From a virus, in the IMG/VR virus record IMGVR_UViG_3300025683_000003: 64,000 bases of DNA; one strand, 5' to 3'. This document shows positions 57,815 to 64,000 of this stretch, in pieces. The translations under genes and the position numbers were made by a program. The notes beneath the pieces were generated by a model. That model was not told the origin of the DNA, searched no databases, and saw only the letters and a program-made list of their open reading frames with translations. The first letter of the stretch is position 1. Each line of letters opens with the position of its first letter.

Positions 57815-58073
57815 TAAGCTAATTGCTGTGGCACCTTTTAATATTCAAGAAAAGGATAAAAAAGTTGTAAGAGGTTTAGATATGTCGGATGGTCTAATCA
57901 AAAGCCTTATTTCAACAAAGGTGTTGATCGACTCAGAAAAGTACAAAACAGGGCAAACCCTGTATTTCCGAGCAGATACATCAATTCATCCATCAGCAAA
58001 ACATAAATTGACTTTAGGGGATAAAGAGTTTATTCTTTTAGATGAAGGTTTAGTTATAGCTGTGGAGGAGTAA
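57801..58073 (+). CDS. groES: GroES/Cpn10-like co-chaperonin
   Basis: 90 aa; N-terminal KLIAVAP, mobile-loop KKVVRGLDM, C-terminal LGDKEFILLDEGLVIAVEE. Confidence 0.6.
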   Translation: MKTTNKLIAVAPFNIQEKDKKVVRGLDMSDGLIKSLISTKVLIDSEKYKTGQTLYFRADTSIHPSAKHKLTLGDKEFILLDEGLVIAVEE

Positions 58074-59101
58074 TGAAGTATATACTAGTTGGTGATATGC
58101 ATGTTCAACCATCAAATGTTAACGATTCAAACATAATTTTTGACAAAATTGCCAGCCTAGTAAATAAAGAAGTGAACCATGTTGTCTTTTTAGGAGACAT
58201 GTTTCACACTCACTCAGTAGTAAGAACCGAAGTAATGGATTGTGTGTTTAATGGAATGACAAAGCTCCTCAATGTAGGAGCTAAAGTTGTTTATATTAGT
58301 GGAAATCATGACAACCAGACTCCAAAGGCTACAGACACCATTACAGCACCTAAGTACATTCTTCCAAAAGAAGTCTTGTTTATTGACCACAATATTGATA
58401 AGCCAGTGATGATTAGCGAGAATGTTTATGGGATTGGCTTTATTGGTGATAATGAAAGATTTGTTGAGCTTGTAAGATCCCTAGACAATCCCAATGCTAC
58501 AATATTTCATCACCAAACACTAGCTGGTGCTAAATATGAGAATGGGTTTCCAGCACATGGAGCTATTGAGTTTGAAGAGATTAAGTGTAAGCAATTTATA
58601 GGCGGACATATACACACCTCCTCAGATAATGGCAAATCTTGGTATCCTGGATCACCAAGAGCCATTACTAAGGCTGAAGTTAATATGGACAAAGGCATAT
58701 ATGTTTGGGATAGCGAGAATGGGGCCAGAGCGTTCCATAGCCTAAATAAACTTGTTAAAACTTTTAAGAAGTATGAGATTTTAGAAGAAAACGGACTTGA
58801 AGTGCCAGAGTTGGATAATCCAGAATTTACAGATAAAGATAATGTGACTGTTTTAGTTAAGGGTAGTCAAGACTTTTATGACGCCCTACTGAAAAAGTAC
58901 AAAAAAATGGGTAAGATTGGCTTTGTTCGTGATGTAAAAGTTAACATTAATAAGACTATTGACACAAATAAGTCAAATTTTACTATAGATACATTGTATC
59001 ATGAATATGTATTCAAAGTGTCTAAAATACCAGACTCAATGAAGGGAGATGTATGGAAAGAGCTACAGAGACTAGTTCCGAATCTTGGCAGCAGCAACTA
59101 G
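58073..59101 (+). CDS. sbcD: SbcD/Mre11/gp47-like nuclease
   Basis: GDMH, LGDMFH, SGNHD, HHQ, GGHIH, YPGS. Confidence 0.9.
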   Translation: MKYILVGDMHVQPSNVNDSNIIFDKIASLVNKEVNHVVFLGDMFHTHSVVRTEVMDCVFNGMTKLLNVGAKVVYISGNHDNQTPKATDTITAPKYILPKEVLFIDHNIDKPVMISENVYGIGFIGDNERFVELVRSLDNPNATIFHHQTLAGAKYENGFPAHGAIEFEEIKCKQFIGGHIHTSSDNGKSWYPGSPRAITKAEVNMDKGIYVWDSENGARAFHSLNKLVKTFKKYEILEENGLEVPELDNPEFTDKDNVTVLVKGSQDFYDALLKKYKKMGKIGFVRDVKVNINKTIDTNKSNFTIDTLYHEYVFKVSKIPDSMKGDVWKELQRLVPNLGSSN

Positions 59102-59469
59102 CGTTGGCAAAAATCCTAGTAAGAAAATATGGAGTTTTGCATGAATTCCATAGTGTTCAACTTAAGAATTATTGTGTGGCCTGCGCACCTATGATTATAG
59201 GTGGAACTGCTGAAGTAAATATGGAAGAAAAGTCTATCGTATTTCGCCTTCAAAGTGATTTCTGCCATTATTTAGATGGCGCAAAAGTGGCGCAAAGATC
59301 TAAGTATTCCATTAAGCGATTGTTAAGCTTTTTGCCGTTTTTATATGGTAAACAAGTCAGTAATGCCTATCAGAATCTTAATATTTGGTGTAAGGAGTTA
59401 TTTTGGGGCGATAGCACTAAAATAAGAGTATTCATAGATGGAAAACAAATCTTTGGGAATGGTAAATAG
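59053..59469 (+). CDS. Hypothetical protein
   Basis: 138 aa; GGGAGA SD. Confidence 0.55.
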   Translation: MERATETSSESWQQQLALAKILVRKYGVLHEFHSVQLKNYCVACAPMIIGGTAEVNMEEKSIVFRLQSDFCHYLDGAKVAQRSKYSIKRLLSFLPFLYGKQVSNAYQNLNIWCKELFWGDSTKIRVFIDGKQIFGNGK

Positions 59470-60049
59470 CCTATTCTCAGATAAAGAACAAGAAATTTTA
59501 ATAGATATTAAGGAAAAAGGGGCTAAAGCAATAGCCCCTACACTTGCTGCGCAAATGTTCTCCCTTTTCCTTGAGGGATACTCATGCGCTGAGATAGCCA
59601 AACAAAACAAGATGTTCTCAGAAGGGGACATACTTTATGCATGTGAGAAGTTTCAATGGCACGAGCAAAGAGATATCTACGCAGCTAACCTACAAAGACA
59701 AATATCTGAAAAATTGGCCAAATCAAAGCTAGAATCTGTCGAATTTTTGACCAATATGCTATCTGTTACTCATAAACAATATAGAGATCAGACGCTAAAG
59801 TACCTTCAAACTGGAAAAGAAGAAGATATGCCTGAAAGTTGGGCTAAAGGTCCAAAGAGCTATATGGATCTTATTAGTACGATTGCCAAGGTGACTGGCG
59901 AGGATAAGGTTAGTAAGGTCAACATTGATCAAAAGACTGAGACAAACTTGAATATTAATGGAAACTCTGATATACTACAGAAGATTCTTGAACCTGACAA
60001 TGCTGCGAAAATACTCAGCCATTTGGTTAAAGAATCAGAAAGTAAGTAG
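59438..60049 (+). CDS. Probable terminase small subunit
   Basis: N-terminal HTH (GYSCAEIAKQ), helical core; upstream of terL. Confidence 0.5.
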   Translation: MENKSLGMVNSLFSDKEQEILIDIKEKGAKAIAPTLAAQMFSLFLEGYSCAEIAKQNKMFSEGDILYACEKFQWHEQRDIYAANLQRQISEKLAKSKLESVEFLTNMLSVTHKQYRDQTLKYLQTGKEEDMPESWAKGPKSYMDLISTIAKVTGEDKVSKVNIDQKTETNLNINGNSDILQKILEPDNAAKILSHLVKESESK

Positions 60050-61300
60050 ATGAAAAAGCGCACTCTTGAAGACATTAAGGCCGCCCTCCCTGAGTTTGTA
60101 ACTCTTGTTGAATCCACTTATGTAAACACAAACATAAAAGCGCAATTTATTGATAGAGATTATGGTGCATTTTGGAAGGATGCATATACAGTTATGAACA
60201 CCAAGTGTGGGCACCCAAAAAGAGGCCAGAAGGCCAAAGGCCAAGCCAGAAAGAGTTCGTATGAAACTCTGAAGGCTAAGTTGCCAGATTATTTAGATTT
60301 TGATTATAGCACCTATGAAAATAATAAATTACCAGTTAAGTTTTTTGACTCTGAATTTGGTGAATTTTGGGGCAATATGAGCCATGCCATGAATGGACAA
60401 TCTAACCATCCAGATAGATTGAAACTTAAGTTTCGCAAAGCCCTCGATGAGCACTACTCTTCTATCGAAGGAAACTACGATTTACCCGAAGGCATTACTT
60501 TAAAAGAGGGGCAGACTCTGCCACAGAATAAGCAAACTGAAAGAAGAATTTTTATTGATGAAAAGTTTGGAGAATTTGAAAGTACATTTTTAGCATTACA
60601 GTATAGAGGTGCAAGTCTACATCCAATGGTTACACACGAAAGAAAAAGTTCTGTAGAATTTAAGATGATTCAGACAGATAATGCAAAAAAAATGTGGCAA
60701 AAATTTAAAAAAGAGGGATACATACATGCGTCATCGTCTCCAGAGGCAGTGCAAAAAAGAAAAAAAACATGCTTAAAAAGGTATGGAACTGAATATCCCG
60801 CAATGAATCCAGATGTTCGTGAAAAGGCTAAGAAAACCCTTATAGAGAAATACAGTCTAGACTCTCCTGAAAAAGTATCCCAATTTTATAAAGAAAAACT
60901 TAATAAAAGTGTGATGAATAAATATGGAGTTGAGAATATATCACAGATACCATCTGTCCGATTAAAAGCAGCGAAAAGCGCTAGAAAAATAATTGAAGTG
61001 ACCCACTGGAAAACTGGAGAAAAAGTACCATGTTATGGCACTTGGGAACAAAAAGTGGCAGAATATTTTAATGATAACGAGATTAATTACGAAAAAGAAA
61101 AGAGAACTTTTAAACTTGCTGATTTGAATCAAACATATACGCCTGATTTCTATCTACCAGACTTGGATCTATGGGTTGAAGTTAAGGGTAGAGTTTATGA
61201 CGCATGGCAAAAGAAATGGAACTCTTTTCAAAAATTGGGATTAAATGCAGAAGTGTGGGACAAAAAAGTTCTCCTCTCAAAAGGTATTAAGGTCAGATGA
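60050..61300 (+). CDS. Free-standing homing endonuclease-like protein (repeats + PD-(D/E)xK nuclease)
   Basis: Three F.D..fG.F...HP repeats; KKTCLKRYG-type repeats; YTPDFYLPDLDLWVEVKG. Confidence 0.7.
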   Translation: MKKRTLEDIKAALPEFVTLVESTYVNTNIKAQFIDRDYGAFWKDAYTVMNTKCGHPKRGQKAKGQARKSSYETLKAKLPDYLDFDYSTYENNKLPVKFFDSEFGEFWGNMSHAMNGQSNHPDRLKLKFRKALDEHYSSIEGNYDLPEGITLKEGQTLPQNKQTERRIFIDEKFGEFESTFLALQYRGASLHPMVTHERKSSVEFKMIQTDNAKKMWQKFKKEGYIHASSSPEAVQKRKKTCLKRYGTEYPAMNPDVREKAKKTLIEKYSLDSPEKVSQFYKEKLNKSVMNKYGVENISQIPSVRLKAAKSARKIIEVTHWKTGEKVPCYGTWEQKVAEYFNDNEINYEKEKRTFKLADLNQTYTPDFYLPDLDLWVEVKGRVYDAWQKKWNSFQKLGLNAEVWDKKVLLSKGIKVR

Positions 61301-63210
61301 TGGATGACAATAAAATAAAAAGATCCCTACTATTAGTACCATGTACTACAAGAGAACACCTTCAGGATTGGTTTAAAACATTTCTTGATTTTCACGTATT
61401 TGATACGACATCAAGCAGATTCGCATCTGCAACCCCTCTAGATGCTGCCTGGGAAGTTTATAAATTCACAATGTTTCCAGAACAGAGAACTCCCAGAAAC
61501 CATTTATTTGCATCAGCACGTTCTACACAAAAGACAATCACCTTAGCTGCATTAGAGGTAGCCGTACTTTTACACGCAAAAAGAACAGTCCTACATTTTG
61601 CAGGATCTAAAGATCAGGTAGAAGCAGGATATCAGTACGTCAAAAAATTTTTAAATTTGCCCGTCATTCGCGACCTTCTTGAGGGTGATATTACCCAAAC
61701 TCAAACAGAACTTCTAATCCCTGAATATAACAATCCAATGTGGCTTGATGGTAAAACAGCAAAAGAAATTCTAAAGGAAAATCCGGGATCTGTTAAGAAA
61801 ATAAAAGTTTTTGTGAAGACAATTTCGCCATTTTCTACACAAGGTCAGCACGAGAGTTGGATCGGTGTGGATGAACTCCACACTCTTAAAGGAGAAAAAC
61901 GTCAAGCATATCAAGATATTAGAAAGATCCCAATTTCTAGTTGGGACGGTAAACCTTGGGCGAGGGTCAACATCTCCTCACGAAAGTCACCTACATCAGT
62001 TGTTGAACAAGAGATTGCTAACAAAGATAAGTCTGGCCTTATTGTAAAACAATGGACTGTGTTTGAGGGAGTTGAACAGTGCCCAGTAGACAGACATGGT
62101 AATAACTTTGTTCACAACAGATATATTAATGTCTACAATGGGGCAGAAAAAACAGAAGAAGAATTTGCTGCATACGAAGGTAAAGATAAAGACAAGTATA
62201 GTTTCACAACGCTAAGTGACGGCTGTCTTAACTGCCCATTAAGATCTGTTTGTATGGCCGATCTTGCAAAACCAAAGAAATATAATAAGCATCACCAATC
62301 GGTCGAAGCTGCCATTGTCGATTTTGTTTCCGATGCTGATAGAGGCTGGTACATAGCGCAGTGTCTAAGCTTGCAGCCATCTAGAGAGGGTATTGTATTT
62401 TCACGATTTGATAGAAATGAATTTGAAAAAACACCATCAGAATTATATGAAATATTTGCTGGCGAATCTCCAGGACGAGAGCTTACAGAAGATGAGCTTA
62501 TTGCTTTTATGTTATCTAAAGGTGTAAAGGCATATGCTGGACTGGATCATGGATATACTGACCCAATGGGAATAGTTGTTAACTACGAAGATTCTGTAGG
62601 TACAATCTATACAATGAAGACTGTAGCTAAACAGGGCCTAGATCCTAACCAAGTAGTGGAGGAAGTGAGAAAGATTGTCGACAAATATAAGATCACTCAC
62701 CTATACCCAGATACAGCAACACCTGCAATCAATGCTCTAATAAAAAAGGCTAAAATCGTAAGAGTTATGGATGACTTTGATAAAAAAGACGGCATTGCAA
62801 ACGGTATTGCTTTAATTAGAGGAAAGATATCGCCAGCAGTGGGGGCCACAAAATATTACGGTCTACAAGGTAATTGCAATGAATTAATCTCAGAAATGGA
62901 AAAGTATAGCTACTCAACCGACTCTACAGGTAAGTTTACAGATGAGCCTGAAGATGAGTTTAATCATTTAATTGATGCACAACGTTATAGCGCCCTCAAC
63001 CGATGGGACAAATCGTCACTTGTGGTAAGAGAAAAAGACAGTAAACCTAAAACGCGAGAAGAAGAAATTACCCATTATAATCAGCAGGTTGCAGAGCAGC
63101 AAGCAAAATATGTATCCCAAGAGATTAATAAAGCAATTAAAGAAAATGGCGGTTCCGCATCAGGTGCCAAAAAGTCCAAATCTGGTGGAGTTTTCTGGGA
63201 TATCGGATAG
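61297..63210 (+). CDS. terL: Terminase large subunit
   Basis: Walker B GVDELH; coupling motif ISS; nuclease GLDHGYTDP; DEFNHLIDAQRY. Confidence 0.88.
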   Translation: MMDDNKIKRSLLLVPCTTREHLQDWFKTFLDFHVFDTTSSRFASATPLDAAWEVYKFTMFPEQRTPRNHLFASARSTQKTITLAALEVAVLLHAKRTVLHFAGSKDQVEAGYQYVKKFLNLPVIRDLLEGDITQTQTELLIPEYNNPMWLDGKTAKEILKENPGSVKKIKVFVKTISPFSTQGQHESWIGVDELHTLKGEKRQAYQDIRKIPISSWDGKPWARVNISSRKSPTSVVEQEIANKDKSGLIVKQWTVFEGVEQCPVDRHGNNFVHNRYINVYNGAEKTEEEFAAYEGKDKDKYSFTTLSDGCLNCPLRSVCMADLAKPKKYNKHHQSVEAAIVDFVSDADRGWYIAQCLSLQPSREGIVFSRFDRNEFEKTPSELYEIFAGESPGRELTEDELIAFMLSKGVKAYAGLDHGYTDPMGIVVNYEDSVGTIYTMKTVAKQGLDPNQVVEEVRKIVDKYKITHLYPDTATPAINALIKKAKIVRVMDDFDKKDGIANGIALIRGKISPAVGATKYYGLQGNCNELISEMEKYSYSTDSTGKFTDEPEDEFNHLIDAQRYSALNRWDKSSLVVREKDSKPKTREEEITHYNQQVAEQQAKYVSQEINKAIKENGGSASGAKKSKSGGVFWDIG

Positions 63211-63287
63211 TCTAAATACTTAATAATATTGCAAATTTAATAATCTACCCTAATTATATGTTAGTTAATCCCTCACTAGGAGATAAA

Positions 63288-64000
63288 ATGCCACAATTAA
63301 ATTTAACCATTAATGCTATTTCTTTTAAAGATTCAGTTGTATCTAACAACCCAGCGCTTAGAGTATTTGACCTAACTCTAAAGCATTTAGGCCAAGATTC
63401 TTTAAAACCAAAGGCTGAGGATTTTACTTTAGCCCCAGGAGAAGAAAAAGTAGTATTTAGCGGCACTAAGTCTATGGCCATAGACAACTCAACACAACTG
63501 TCTATTACTATGCCAAACCCTAATGAATCTCTTTATTACATTACACATACAGGCGGCACAAACCCACTATTTAGAACAGAACGTGCAATTGGCATAGACA
63601 ATACTACAGCCCTAAGTATATCAGTTAACGGACCACTAATGACCCTTACTTACGTCTCTGGAACTGCACTGAACACAGCCAATATTGTTATTGGTGATAT
63701 ATTAAGACTAGGAAATTCTGTTAGCTTAAGCAATCAAGGTTCGTTTGAAGTATTGTCCAAAACGGCTACATCTATTACTGTTAAAAATTTAAATGCAGCT
63801 GCTGAATCTGTAGCCATTCAAAATGAAGCGGATATGATTTTCTATAGTTCTGGAGGCGGAAGCTCAAACCAAGTTCAAAAATTAGACAAGCTTATCATCT
63901 CTGGTGGATTCAGCTCTTCATCTTTTGGTACATACGAAATTGTTGATGTCACCTCACGTTTTATAGTTATTAAAGCTTCCCCAGAAAGAGGACTAGCAAT
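63288..64000 (+). CDS. 3'-truncated probable virion structural protein
   Basis: ATG at 63288 after AGGAGA; open to the window end (MPQLNLTINAISFKD...); Ser/Thr/Gly-rich beta-type composition; follows terL. Confidence 0.6.
   Translation, partial: MPQLNLTINAISFKDSVVSNNPALRVFDLTLKHLGQDSLKPKAEDFTLAPGEEKVVFSGTKSMAIDNSTQLSITMPNPNESLYYITHTGGTNPLFRTERAIGIDNTTALSISVNGPLMTLTYVSGTALNTANIVIGDILRLGNSVSLSNQGSFEVLSKTATSITVKNLNAAAESVAIQNEADMIFYSSGGGSSNQVQKLDKLIISGGFSSSSFGTYEIVDVTSRFIVIKASPERGLA

Noticed and set aside
1-64000. tRNA, rRNA or other structured RNA genes
   Set aside because: No T-loop/cloverleaf pattern was found by eye, and intergenic gaps are short. tRNAscan-SE and Infernal were not run.
1-64000. 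Stop-codon reassignment, as in some large phages
   Set aside because: Long conserved genes are intact under the standard code, and TAG, TGA and TAA all end genes cleanly.

Overview
This is an AT-rich, gene-dense segment of a large tailed dsDNA phage genome. No cellular housekeeping operons, tRNAs or CRISPR arrays were seen. From the left edge, a 5'-truncated ORF and an M15 peptidase endolysin (+) face a roughly 53 kb block that is entirely on the minus strand. About 0.8-30 kb of that block is an early/accessory region driven by host sigma70-type promoters: many tiny translationally coupled ORFs, a dUTPase, a phosphoesterase, two ClpP-like proteases, an ECF-like sigma factor and several lipoproteins (PA14, metzincin-like). 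About 30-53.7 kb is a replication/recombination module: class II aldolase, DnaB-like helicase, primase, a repeat-nuclease-Mom fusion, RecA, SSB, intein-containing DnaE, T5 A1-like protein, HNH, SbcC and GroEL. After a strand switch marked by a perfect 24-bp inverted repeat come an SF2 helicase, a sigma70-family factor, a GroES-like protein, SbcD, a probable TerS, a free-standing endonuclease, TerL and a 3'-truncated probable structural gene. The best candidate for an undescribed system is a family of about 26 hyper-divergent 62-79 aa proteins sharing a C-terminal (V/I/L)xxDL helix. Seventeen sit in one tandem array and nine are interleaved with a MoxR-AAA / DUF6745-like / VWA-metallopeptidase operon. 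All family assignments are from motif recognition by eye; no database search was run.
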